Assembly: GCA_965153355.1 (NCBI GenBank)
Contig: OZ231126.1
Location: 13,516,001-13,580,000, forward strand
Direction: 5' to 3'
Source of the DNA: Flaccisagitta enflata
Lineage: Eukaryota
DNA length: 64,000 nt
A program made the position numbers and the translations under genes. This document shows, in pieces, positions 12,775-25,419 of the stretch (its first letter is position 1; each line of letters begins with the position of its first letter). The notes below the pieces were generated by a model. That model was not told where the DNA came from, did no database searches, and saw only the letters and a program-made list of their open reading frames with translations.

Positions 12775-13568
12775 GTGACAAATCTACTGTTTGATAGTAA
12801 CATTGCCCTGTGCTTGATTTGCTGGCAGAGCGTTTTCCTCGACTCCGTCATTCATGGCAGCATGACTGAGATGACTGAGCGACAGAGTGACAGAGTGACA
12901 AACTTACTGTTTGATAGTAACATTGCCCTGTGCTTGGTTTGCTGGCAGAGTGTTCTCCTCGACTCCGTCATTCATGGCTGCTTGAATGAGATGACTCAGT
13001 GACAGACTGATAGGGTGACAAACTTGCTGTTTGATAGTAAAATTGCCCGGTGCTTGATTTGCTGGCTGGGCGTTTTCCTCGACGCCGTCATTCATGGCAA
13101 CGTGGATGAGAAAACTGAGTGACAGGGTGACAAATCTACTGTTTGATAGTAACATTGCCCTGTGCTTGGTTTGATGGCAGAGTGTTCTCCTCTACTCCGT
13201 CATTCATGGCTGCTTGAATGAGATGACTCAGTGACAGAGTGACAGAGTGACAAACTTGCTGTTTGATAGTAAAATTGCCCCGTGCTTGATTTGCTGGCTG
13301 GGCGTTTTCCTCGACGCCATCATTCATGGCAACGTGGATGAGAAAACTGAGTGACAGGGTGACAAATCTACTGTTTGATAGTAACATTGCCCTGTGCTTG
13401 GTTTGATGGCAGAGTGTTCTCCTCTACTCCGTCATTCATGGCTGCTTGAATGAGATGACTCAGTGACAGAGTGACAGAGTAACAAACTTGCTGTTTGATA
13501 GTAAAATTGCCCTGTGCTTGATTTGCTGGCAGAGCCTTTTCCTCGACTCCGTCATTCATGGCTGCTTG
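12775..13568. repeat. 232-bp tandem satellite, right part
   Basis: Same unit resumes in register after the hAT insertion (ORF ends at 12904, 13136, 13368). Confidence 0.95.
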
Positions 13569-14124
13569 GGTGAAATTCCCCAAATCTCAAATACAATCAC
13601 ATGTCTGGTTCAAGGGTCCAAATTGGATTCAACGCGTGGCCGAAGGTACTATCTAGGCATGAGTTATATCTACATCTACAAAAACATGGAAATAATACAT
13701 AATGTTAACTTAGTCCAATGGAAATTGAATTGTAGTTGCTTGACTCTTCAATTAAGATATTATTTCACTGGACAGATGAGATGTTTTTACATCCAACGAC
13801 CGATGGGGGAGCTACTTGGATTCCATGTGGCCATTGACACGTAACGAAATAAGCGAGTAACAAATTGAGTGCAGAGAGAGCACTGAAAGTAGTGTTTGCC
13901 ACTCAATGTGTAGTCATTGAAAGCTACCGTCAAATGACATTCAAAAAATGGCCTGAAACATTCATAAGCCTGCAAAGAAATGAATTGTAAGTTCCTTCAT
14001 TCATAAAGATTGCAGAGTCGTTTTTTGGAGCAACAAGTCTCAAGCGTCATGAACCTTGCAAACACAGACCTGAATCCAGATAATATGACAAAATTTGTTG
14101 TTCTTGAAATTCATTGTTTACGTT

Positions 14125-14596
14125 TAGGCTTGAGATTCGGTGATTCACCAACCGAAAAAACGGTGGAGTGATAGCAAAAAATCCCTGATTCAGTGATTAG
14201 GATTTTCGGTTATTCACCGTCTTTCTCTCATCCATAAGCTGTTTTTTTCTCTTTGCATTACTTGCTGTGATGCTCATTAATATATGCATGGCGGGACAGT
14301 TTTGCCCATAATCAAATTTCAAGGGAGAAAAATCCACAATTCTGAGGTTGCTTTGGTGACCAGGAAACAGTACCTGTTACCAGTTTTACTCAGCACCTCT
14401 TTGTTTTACCCAACATGAGTTATGGCAACAACATCTTTGACTTGTTGTATCATCCTCTTGTATGTATTCAATTATTCATTGTGGGCATCAATTCCATTTA
14501 CAAAAGAAAAAAAAAGAAATGAGGAATTAGAAGAAGAAGAAGATGGCAGGCAGATTGACAGACAGACAGACAGGCAGGCAGACAAAGAGAGAGACG

Positions 14597-14649
<53 letters not shown>

Positions 14650-15886
14650 GCTGAAGTAAAACTATCAGACGAAACAATCAAGAACAAAGATAGTCAAATA
14701 GATCAAAAACTATACTCTAAGAAAAAATTATGAAAGAACCTTTTTTTCTATTTAAAGGCATAAGTCATTACGATATCAATGATGCCATCACAGAGTGGGT
14801 GAGACCTCTCAATTTTGTTTGTTTAGGAGCAATGTGAACGAAATTCAGATGGCACATAGAGGTTGTAAATGTACAAGAAAAATTTGAAAAACTATCCACC
14901 TCTTTAATTTGTTATCATCTGCAAACTCATCACAACATCGTACTTGAGGAAAAAAATGTGCTGTCGATGATTGGTGCCCTAAATAGAAACCAACCATTTT
15001 TGTGTCATGGTAGTGTTTTTTTCATCTCACCTCGAGCTTTGAATAAAATGGTTTTAAAAGGAATGATTTGGCACACAAATTTGTAACGGTAGCAAAAAAA
15101 AAAAAGGAACAAAATGTTTTTTAAAGATTCAAAAGCATCCAATGAGAAAAACATAGCAAAATCCATGACCGTTTGAAAGCTCTGCGAAAGATCTTCAAAA
15201 TGAGACCATGCTGGCTGTTCTGTCTTTATTCGTTAAGTAATGAGACAGCAATAAAGAAGAGGTGGTCATGAATGTAAAAGTTGAAGTCATAGAAGTTGTT
15301 CCTCTTTGTTATTCTATAAAAAAAGATAGAAAAATAATAATTTAAACTTTTTTCTTAGTGTAATTTATAGATTTTTTAATTTTCTTTCATTCTAAACCAA
15401 TCCCAGATCTGTATCTCAAACCGTTTAAAAGTTAGAGCATGTTAAAGTTAACCACTATTTTTTCAAAACTTTTTTATTCAATCTGACCGCAAATTGAATA
15501 TGGCAATGTTTTCATTCATTCTTACGCCATTTCTAAACGGATAAAGCTAGAATGACCAGCAACGTCGCATATGAAAGATCTTTTGCATAACTTTCAAACG
15601 GTCATGGATTTTTTATAGTTAGAGTCATCACTTTAGCAAAAATCATCAAAACAATTTGTTTCGTTTTTTTTTTTTGCTACCGTTATACATTAGTACTCAC
15701 TAAAAACCATGATATTTGTCATTTATTTTGCAACATGTTTTCATCACTTAGAAATAGGGATAGAAATAGAAAAAGTGAATAGCTGCAGCTAAGAAATCAC
15801 TGAAAAAAAACCGAAAAAACGGTGGTGATAACGGAAAATCGCCAAAAATTGGTGGTGATTGAAAAGCCGCGTCACTCTCATCTCTA
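14125..15886. mobile_element. Non-autonomous hAT-type element
   Basis: Termini TAGGCTTGAGA / TCTCATCTCTA; 8-bp TSD TTTACGTT at 14117-14124 and 15887-15894; subterminal GGTGAT and ACCGAAAAAACGGTGG motifs at both ends. Confidence 0.75.
15084..15685. mobile_element. MITE nested in the hAT element
   Basis: TAACGGTAGCAAAAA / TTTTTGCTACCGTTA termini with further internal inverted matches (CCATGACCGTTTGAAAG). Confidence 0.7.
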
Positions 15887-15990
15887 TTTACGTTCAAAGT
15901 TGTATTGCTAGGATTTTTCGTAGACAGTGCATTTCACTAAACAGAGAAAACACAAGTTAATAAAGTTGCTTTTCTACTGCTCTTCATTTT

Positions 15991-16200
15991 TAGTCGCGTG
16001 CACGCAACGCTACAACCCGCTCTGTCTGTCGGTCCGTCGGTCCGTCGGTCCGTCCGTCAGTTGGTCCGTCACACTTAGCTTTTTCGGCGTTTACAGGCGG
16101 TTTTTCGGTTACTGCTCCTGCCCAACTACTTATTTGGTCTATTTCATCACTGTCCCTGCCCACCCGCACGCGACTAAGATAGCCGTGTATCCGGCCTTGT
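15991..16200 (+). mobile_element. Helentron/DINE-1-like element, family A (complete copy)
   Basis: Same asymmetric layout: subterminal inverted repeat, tetranucleotide microsatellite, 3' hairpin, T-run flanks. Confidence 0.75.
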
Positions 16201-16209
16201 TTACCTTTT

Positions 16210-16786
16210 GGGCAGCGGCCCCGAAGGGGTCGATGACCTATGCTTTCACACATATGGGGATTTTCTCCTTCTCCTTCTCCTTCTCCTATGTCCCCCCCCC
16301 TCAAATCCCAGTCTCGAGGCCCAAATTCCAGTCTCAAGGCCCAAATCCCAGTCGCGAGGCCCAAATCCCAGCCTCAAGGCCCAAATCCTAGCCTCAAGGC
16401 CCAAATCCTAGCCTCAAGGCCCAGATTTCAGTCTTGAAGCCCAAATCTCAGCCTCAACGTCAAAATTTCAGCCAAGAGGCCCAGATCCCGGCCTTGAGGC
16501 CCAAATCTCAGCCTCCAGGCTAGGATTTGGGCCTTGAGGCTAGGATTTGGGCCTTGAGGCTGGAATTTGGGCCTCGAGACTGGGATTTGGGCTTTGAGAC
16601 TGGAATTTGGGCCTCGAGACTGGGATTTGAGGGGGGGAGGGACGGAGGAGGAGGAGAAGGAGAAGGAGAAAATCCCCCATATGTGTGACCCCTTCGGGGC
16701 CGCTGCCCTGCTCCCCCCTCAACTTCAACCACAACCTACTTAGGCAGGGCACGGGTACCGCTGACCATCTAACGCTTTTGCGACTA
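16210..16786 (+). mobile_element. Foldback element family B (20-bp internal array, one-sided tail)
   Basis: GGGCAGCGGCCCCGAAGGGGTCGATGACCTATGCTTTCACAC, (CTCCTT)n, (CTCGAGGCCCAAATCCCAG.)n, an inverted copy, then a tail ending GGGTACCGCTGACCATCTAACGCTTTTGCGACTA. Other copies near 10886-11362, 11660-11959, 21745-22389, 24365-24796, 26681-27164, 29030-29240, 49781-50399, 54330-54634 and 59713-60133. Confidence 0.85.
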
Positions 16787-18143
16787 TTTTACCTGTTCAG
16801 TGTACACGTGATGCGTAGCTAGATCACTCAGTAATGAACCAGCTGTGATACGACAAAAGCCTTGACCGTTTTTGTAATGCCCCCCCCCCCCCTGTGACGT
16901 TCATTCCCCACTCATTTCTTTACTACTCCACTCAAATCCTCACACATCTACCGCGTCTCCTTCACACTTGAAGAGAGCTGAGAGAAAGAAAAGTCTTTTT
17001 TAAGGTGTTTTCTCTCCAAGTTTCGTTTTCACTGACCTCAGAACCATAAATTTTCATTCGGCCCGTGAAAAAAAGGAGACAGAGAAGCAAGGCCAGGCAC
17101 AGATAGAGAGGAATAGCCACATAGATAGAAACGGGGAAGGAGGAGGTGGTGCGCGAGAAAGACCGTGATTATAAGGACGAGGTAACTTGTAAAAAAGGGT
17201 CGGGTAGTGTACCGGGTAGGATTAAGAAGTGAAGATGTGGGAGTAGCTTTGTAGTCGTTTGCCAAGCAATTCTATAACAGGGTTTGTCCGTAGGAAAGTA
17301 GGTAGGTCCGTCCGTAACGCGAACATTTGAAGGACGCGAAATCGGCAGGAATAGCGATTTCTAAGCATTACTGCCCCTGCCCAGCTACATTAAAGCTCCG
17401 CCCACTCGCATACTGCTCCTGCCCACTTGTACAACTGCACTTGCCCACCCGCAAATAACTACTTATTGACCGTGTATCCGGCCTTGTTGTTAATCAAAAC
17501 GGCGTTGTAAAAAGATATCGGGTGATGCAAGAGTACCGGCTGTAACTTAATAACTCTTCAGTCGTTAGGACACTTGGCAAATGTTCAGAGAGTATCAAAT
17601 GATAAGATTTGAATCAATGTCTAATGAACGGTGAAACAAGCTGCAAGATGGCATTTAACTAATTGGTATCATCTAGTAAAATTGAATCCCGCAATAATGG
17701 ATGTCAAGGGATCGACAAATTTTATAAGTTATAGGCGGATTTATGCATGTGCTCATCTTTTTCAACATCGAAAGGGCTTGAGGGGAATTTCAAGGCAAGA
17801 GGGGTTGCTTTTCTCAGACAGGGGGGGGGGGACAAACACATTTGGAATATCTATCGTTTTAAGCGGAAAAAAAAGTCAAAGGCTCTCATACTTACGATAA
17901 CATGTTGAGAGAGAGAAAGAGAGAAAAAGTCGTAAAAAATGTTGAGATAAAGCGCAAACAAAAGAAAATTCGTGGGACGATTAAAAAAAGGACAAAGGTA
18001 AAAACGGGTAAACAGGGAAAAAGAAGAAAGGAGGAAAGGAAAATAGAAAGAAAGAAACTAAAAAAAGAGAGAAAATTCGATGTGGAAAAGATGAGGACAG
18101 GGATTTCACTTTGGGGACGAGCAAATGGCCCGTGCTCGGGACA

Positions 18144-18207
<64 letters not shown>

Positions 18208-19153
18208 CGAGAGCGAGAGCGAGAGAGAGAGAGAGAGAGAGGTCGGATACTCCGAGAAAACTACGAGCAAAAAAATGGGCAAGCAGACGTACAGACAAAA
18301 TAGGCCTATATAAACTCATTCATAATTGTACATGCACTCATACATGCAGATTGTAACAGATAGCCAGTCAATTGCTTGGGGCTTGGGGCAGGGGCAGAAA
18401 GACGCATTGCCAGACAATTCAGCTTGAGCGTGACGGACCCAGAGACAGAAAAACTAATGAACTGACGGGGGCGGACAAAGCCTCCGCAACTTAGAAACAT
18501 CACAAGGTCATTAGATCTATGTCCGGTGCGTCAGCATTTTCAAACAAACCAAGCAGACAGACGGACAAACAATTTTTTTTCAAAAAGACATTCAAAATAG
18601 CCATTTATTCCACAAAAATTCTTTTCTACCATTCAGAGACATGAAAAACGCTTTAAAAAGCCTTTGCATAGGAAATATCTCATGCCACTCGTTGCTAGCA
18701 AAAGCGGCCAGTCTCTAAGTCATAAGAGAGAATTGCTTTTTTTTCTTTTTTGATTTTTTTTTTATACAATAAAAAAAACAACATGTCACAGTAGTGTAAG
18801 TCAAAGGAAATGGTACACCGGTTTTGGCCTATTTTCATCAGCCACGTCAGGCAAGTATTTTGACTAGCCAGAGGCGGGACTTTTTAAATAAACTTTAATA
18901 TCAAAGTTATTTTAATCATCTTAGATGAAATAGTTTTGAGACGGACCGATGGACGGACCGACCGACGGACCGACCGAAAAGTGGCTTGTATAGTCGCGTA
19001 GCACGCGACTAAAAAGGCACACCTTCAAAGCGGATAGAGGAAAGGCGGACAGAGCAATCGAATCAGGAGTAACTATTACTGTGACTCCGTCTCCAGACTT
19101 TCCTAACTTATCAGTGGTCTCTTCGGACACTCATTCTGTCTCTGACGATGATA

Positions 19154-19421
<268 letters not shown>

Positions 19422-19428
19422 CAGACGT

Positions 19429-19503
<75 letters not shown>

Positions 19504-19506
19504 AAG

Positions 19507-19577
<71 letters not shown>

Positions 19578-19775
19578 GAGGAAGAAAGAAAGAAAGAGAG
19601 AGAGAGTTGGCCAAGGTGGTCCTGTGAAACTTTGGGTCTAAATTGTCTTGGAGATAAGACAAGCAACAACTTTGCAGCATCTTAGGAGGCACAACAAACG
19701 AAAGGGACAGTCTGAATAATAACAACAACGAGAACGACGACTACGACGACGACGACGACGATGGCGACGCGAAGG

Positions 19776-19852
<77 letters not shown>

Positions 19853-19934
19853 TATCTCGCGAGTTGGACCATTTGTTTTCTCCAGGTGGCGTTTTTGTGT
19901 TTCGGCGACGACCAAATCTACGAAATCAGCGCGT

Positions 19935-20160
19935 GGCCAAAATTGTTGTGGGAAAAATTGTTGTGGGCAAAAGTTTTCGTGGGCAAAGTTGTTGTGGGCA
20001 AAATTGTTGTGAACAAAATTGTTGTGGGCAAAATTGTTTCAGGCAAAGTTGTTGTGACCAAAATTGTTGTAGGCAAAATTGTTGTGGGCGAAATTGTTGT
20101 GGGTAGAACTGTTGTGTGCGATGATTGTTGTGGGCAAAACTGCAGTGGGCAAATTTTGCC
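19935..20160. repeat. 15-bp minisatellite (AAATTGTTGTGGGCA)n
   Basis: Direct tandem repeats that generate spurious KIVVG/QNCCG ORFs. Confidence 0.85.
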
Positions 20161-20609
20161 GTGGACGATGACTTTTGTGGACAATAATGATTGTTGTTAT
20201 CAATGTTGTGACCGATTAATGTTGTTTCGGATCCCGCCTCCCTCTTTTTCTTTCGTTTCGGTCGGTTGCTCTGTCCATTGGTCCGTCCGTCCGTCCCTCC
20301 ATCCATGATTCTTGACTTTATGTGCTCCTGCCCACCCGTCCGCTACAGTATTTTCTCCCTTGGTTACTTGTTTCTTCTAGGAGTGGCAACAACAAGAACA
20401 AGCTCAATACAGGGCATAAGTCGCGGACGGTTGGGCAGGGGCAGTGCTGCAGTACTACAAAAGTACGGTAGTACATTTTTTCACACCTACAAACCTAGCA
20501 GTGACCTAAAAAACTATCAACCAGAGAAAAAAGATGGTATTTCAAAAATGTTTCAAACAGACGAACCAAACGACCGAAAAAGAACACTGTGTACAAATTA
20601 TTGCAATAC

Positions 20610-21000
20610 TACGCGAATAATAGAAAAAGCCGCACCCTTTTTTAGCTGAATGGAAGAGACACAAAAAATAAGTAAATTTTTTTTTTCAACTGATTTTAAT
20701 GATTTTCGAATTTTCTTTCATTCTAGACCAACTGTCTCTATCTCAAACCGTCTAGGAGATAGAGCTTGCCAAAGTAAACTTCTCTTTTGCAAAAATGCAA
20801 AAATGCAAAAATAGGATTGCAAAATTGAAAATGGCAAAGTTTATGCCATTTCTAAACGAATAACGCTAGAAATACCAGATTAAAGCCAAATGAAAGATCT
20901 CTTTAAGATCTTCAAAATCTTCTAACATTTTGTTTAATTATTTTAAGATTTAGTATGATAAATTGTCATTTAAAAGTGCGGCTTTTTTTTTATTCGCGTA
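20610..21000. mobile_element. MITE with TA ends
   Basis: TACGCGAATAATAGAAAAAGCCGCAC / GTGCGGCTTTTTTTTTATTCGCGTA. Confidence 0.7.
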
Positions 21001-23561
21001 ATAGATTTCAAAACAGCCTTCCTTGATCTCATTTTGATTTGCCTTGTTGATTGATGATTTTGTTACTTGGCGTCACTATAGGGCCCAATTCATCGCCGTC
21101 TTTTCTGTTGTCCACATGCCTGTTGTCCTTTTGTCTATTGTCCTTTTCCCTGTTGTCCTTCTCTCTATTGTCCTTTTGTCTGTTGTTTGTTTTGTTTCCT
21201 TGATTGATCAATCTACCACTGAAAGGTTCAATACATTGTCACTGAGAAATAGAATTCCTTTCCTTTCCGGTTGTCCTTTTGTCTGCTACCCTTTAGTATG
21301 TTGTCATTTTGTTTGGCGCCGTCGATTGATCATTGTGCATGTGTCACTTGGAGTCGCTACTGGGTGTATATTATCGCCGGTGAGCGCGTGCGCAGATTCG
21401 GCCTGTGAAATGTTGCGCGATGTCGCTCCGCTCGTTGAATGCCAGCCTTCATACTCATCAGTCGACAGACGCCGAAAAAAATATGGTGGCGGAAGGGTAG
21501 GAGGGGAAAAGAGCGTTTTTTTTTCAATGAAATCTACGCGTACGTACGTGTGGGAGGTCTATCCCCTGTCTACCTATTCTCTTCTTATTTTTCTTCTTCT
21601 TCTTTTGCTTCTTCTTCTTCTTCTTCTTCTTTCTCTTCTTCCTCTTCTTCTTCTTCTTCTTCATCTTCTTCTTCTTCTTCTTCTTCTTCTTCTTCTTCTT
21701 CTTCTTCTTCTTCTTCTTCTTCTCCTTCTTCTTCTTCTCCTTTTTGCGCAGCGGCCCCAAAGGGGCCGGTGACCTATGCTTTCACACAAAGGGGAAATTT
21801 CTGTTTCTTCTCCTTCTTCTCTGCACGTCCCCCCCCCCTTTTGAGGCTCAAACCCCAGCCTTGAGGCTCAAATCACAGCCTCAAGGCTCAAATTCCAGCC
21901 TTGAGGCTGAAATTCCAACCTCGAGACTCAAATTCCAGCCTCTAGGCTGAAATTCCAGCCTCAAGGCTTAAATAACAACCTCAAGACTCAAATTCCAGCC
22001 TCAAGGCTCAAACTCCAACATCTAAGCTCAAATCTCAGTCTTGAGGCTCAAATCCCAGCCTTGAGGCTCAAATCCCAGCCTTGAGGCTCAAATCCCTGCC
22101 TTTAGGCTCAAATCCCAGCCTTGAGGCTCAAATCCCAGCCTCAAAGTTCAAATCCCAACCTTGAGGTTCAAATCCCATCCTTGAGGCTCCAATCCTAGCT
22201 TTGTGGCTCAAATCCCAGCTTCAAGGCTCAAATCCTTTGGCAAGGCTCAAATTCCAGCCTCAAGCTTCAAAACTTACTGAGCGTAGGTCATCGGTCCCTT
22301 TGGGGCCGCTGCCCCTCTCACCATCGCCCTCACATACACCAACACAAGGGCAATGGGTACCACTGACCATCTAAAGCTTTTGCGACTATTCTGCTTCTGC
22401 TTTTGCTTCTTGTTCTTCTTCCTCTACTTCCCCTTTGGGTGCTTCGCATAGCAAAAGTTGGTTATTTCTTTTCGCCCTCTTTACCTAATCTGGAGTGACC
22501 AATTTTAGGACCCTTATCATTTTTGTTTTATCAAAAATCATTCATCTTCCATTTTTTAGAAAATTGCTTTTGAGGACCTAATTTGCATAATGCAGTGGGA
22601 TAAAACAATATGCTGACATTGTTTGAATCAGCTTTCATAATTTTCTACTCTTCACAGAATTGCAATTCTGCCTTTTCATTTGCTCTTTCATAACTTACGT
22701 TCTGATATTTTAGTTTAGTTTTTCATATATCATGATTTTCTTAAAATAAATAATTGTCCTTTTTGTAACAAAACTTCACATGATTTTGCTGAATTCTGGG
22801 AAATCAGTGGAAACTTTAAGGCTAGAACAAAAACGGAAGATGAAGGAATTTTGAAAAAAGGAAAATGGTCATCTTCATGATTTTTGCTCCTCCACATTAC
22901 CTAAGTAGGGTGAAGAGATACTCCCAACTTTTGCTATGTGAAGCACCCAGACTTCCCCCTCTTTCTTCTCTTCTTCTTCTTCTTCTTGTTTTTCTTCTCT
23001 TCATTTCTTTTACGTTTTCCCATTACTACATTAGTAAGTTTAGGGCGTGTCCGCATTCGTCCTGAAAAACACGTTTTTCATAATCATGATTTTCCGCCAT
23101 TACACAATGATTAAGACTAATCTTGATTTTTCTGTTTGGTGTTGCTCTGCTGGTCTTGTGGTTAAGTCACTGGGAATTGTCATGAAGGAAAGGAGTTCGA
23201 ATCCTGCCGTCGTATCTAGCATTTTGATGAGACCATTAAACCCCATTTGAGCCTCAAAAAAGGTGTTGGTTATGAAGCTGTTGATATTGGCGTGGCCGAC
23301 AGTATAAATGGTTCCTGAAGCGACCTCAACCGTTGCAGCAGCAGCAACAGAATTGGCAGCAGCAGCAGAAGCAGCAGCGACAGTAAGGGCAGCAGCTGCT
23401 ACAGAAGCGGCAGCAGCGATAGGAGTGGCAGCGAAAGCAGCAGCAGCGATAGGAGTGGCAGCAAAAGCAGCAGCAGTGACAGGGGTGGCAGCAAAAGCAG
23501 CAGCAGCAGTGACAGGGGTGGCAGCAGTTGAGTAGTTGAAGCAGCATTGGCAACTGCAGGG

Positions 23562-23656
<95 letters not shown>

Positions 23657-23696
23657 GCCAAGAAATAGTTTAACTCATTCAGAGAGGAGGTTATTC

Positions 23697-23774
23697 GTCT
23701 GCATGGAGCAGCGGTAGCTTCCATGCCTCCAAGTTGAAAGGTACCTGGTTCTAATCCCATTGAAGCAGACACCA
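23697..23774 (+). pseudogene. tRNA-like sequence (pseudo-tRNA or SINE head)
   Basis: Acceptor-like stem GTCTGC/GCAGAC followed by A-CCA; D-arm-like GGAGC-AGCGGTA-GCTTC (A box); B-box-like GGTTCTAATCC. The anticodon stem pairs poorly. Confidence 0.5.
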
Positions 23775-23826
23775 TGTTCCTAATTTTTGTTGCTGTTGTT
23801 GTGCTTTTTTCTGCTGTTGTTGTTGT

Positions 23827-23921
<95 letters not shown>

Positions 23922-24255
23922 GAGCTCACATAAAAGACATCCTCCTATTTAAAAAATCTATAACATGTGCCTTTATGGAGCGGTGGTAGCTACCTGTCAC
24001 TTACATTGTAGGGTACCAGGATCAATTCCCACCAGGACATATACAACATGACCACATTCAAATTGTAATTTTTTGGTGTGTCGTGACGTTTTTTTTTAGT
24101 TAACCACATCAAGGTATACATGTTTGTACCCAAGACTTCATGGAGGTGTGGTAGTTCCCGGGCCTTTGGGTGGGCGGGGATCAAGATCGAATCTGCTAGA
24201 AGTACTATTGGCATGATTGACTTCAAATTTTTTTTAAACGGCAGTAAGGTCACCG

Positions 24256-24350
<95 letters not shown>

Positions 24351-25419
24351 ATTGTTGTTGTTTAAGGGCGATGACCTATGCTTTCACACATGTGGGGGAT
24401 TTTCTCCTTCTCCTTCTCCTTCTCTGACGTACCCCCCCTCCCTCAGCCTCGAGGCCCATATCTCAGCCTTGAGGCCCATATCCCAGCCTTGAGGCTGAAA
24501 TCCCAGTTTTGAGGCCCAAATCCCCACCCCAAGGCCCATATTCCAGGGATTTGGGCCTCAAGACTGGGATTTGGGCCTAGAGGCTGGGATATGGGCCTCG
24601 AGGCTGAGATATAGGCCTCGTGGCTGGGGAAGGGGGGAGTACGGAGGAGAAGTAGAAGGAGAAAATCCCCCATTTGTGTGAAAGCATAGGTCATCGACCC
24701 CTTCGGGGCCGCTGCCCTGGTCCCCCCTCAACTTCAACCACAACCTACTTAAGCAGGGCACAGGTACCGCTGACCATCTAACGCTTTTGCGACTATTGTT
24801 TTTGATGTTTTTGATGTTGTTGTTGTTGTTGTTGTCTTTGTTTTGGCGAGAGGCGAAGCAACCCCAATGGAGACAATGGCTCATTCGGGTGCGTCAACAT
24901 GCAAAAGGTTTTTTGATCAGATGGTCATCATCAGGAATTGTTGGGACATTGATTTTAAGATACTTACCGTTTTTCTTTGTCCAAATTTCATTCATCTTCC
25001 GTTTTTCTCTAAATCCCCATTTAGCCCCTAATTTGTATATTGTAGTGCAGCTGGTTTTGCACCTGGATCATTGATGACAAGGAAAAAAATCAAAACACAT
25101 TGGTTCTTTCATTTTTTATACTATAAGAAATTAGTCAAAATCTTCTGCTTTTATACAAGATGATTTAGTAATAGAAAAAACATAATTTTTAAAATGATTT
25201 TTTTGTCTCATTTTCAACAAAACTGGGTGCAGTCGCTAAAAGTATATATATATTTGACAATCTTTACATACGCTAAAAAAACGGAAGATGATTGAAATTG
25301 AAAAAAATAAAAACGATAAGTGTCTTGTAATTAGTATCATCATACTCCCTGATGATGATGAGCTGATCAAAAGACCTTTTGCATATTGACACACCCGAAT
25401 GGCTCATGCTTGGCTTGGC

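Noticed and set aside
13570-14110. Unique sequence with a 118-aa ORF
   Set aside because: The ORF starts in satellite and I found no consistent exon structure or homology.
16690-16786. Self-cleaving ribozyme in the family B/C tail
   Set aside because: No hammerhead CTGANGA/GAAA core and no HDV-like pseudoknot that I could fold by eye; an Infernal search would be needed.
23308-23535. Ala-rich antifreeze-like ORF
   Set aside because: (GCA)n-derived minisatellite without splice or signal-peptide support; a similar tract lies at 57000-57105.
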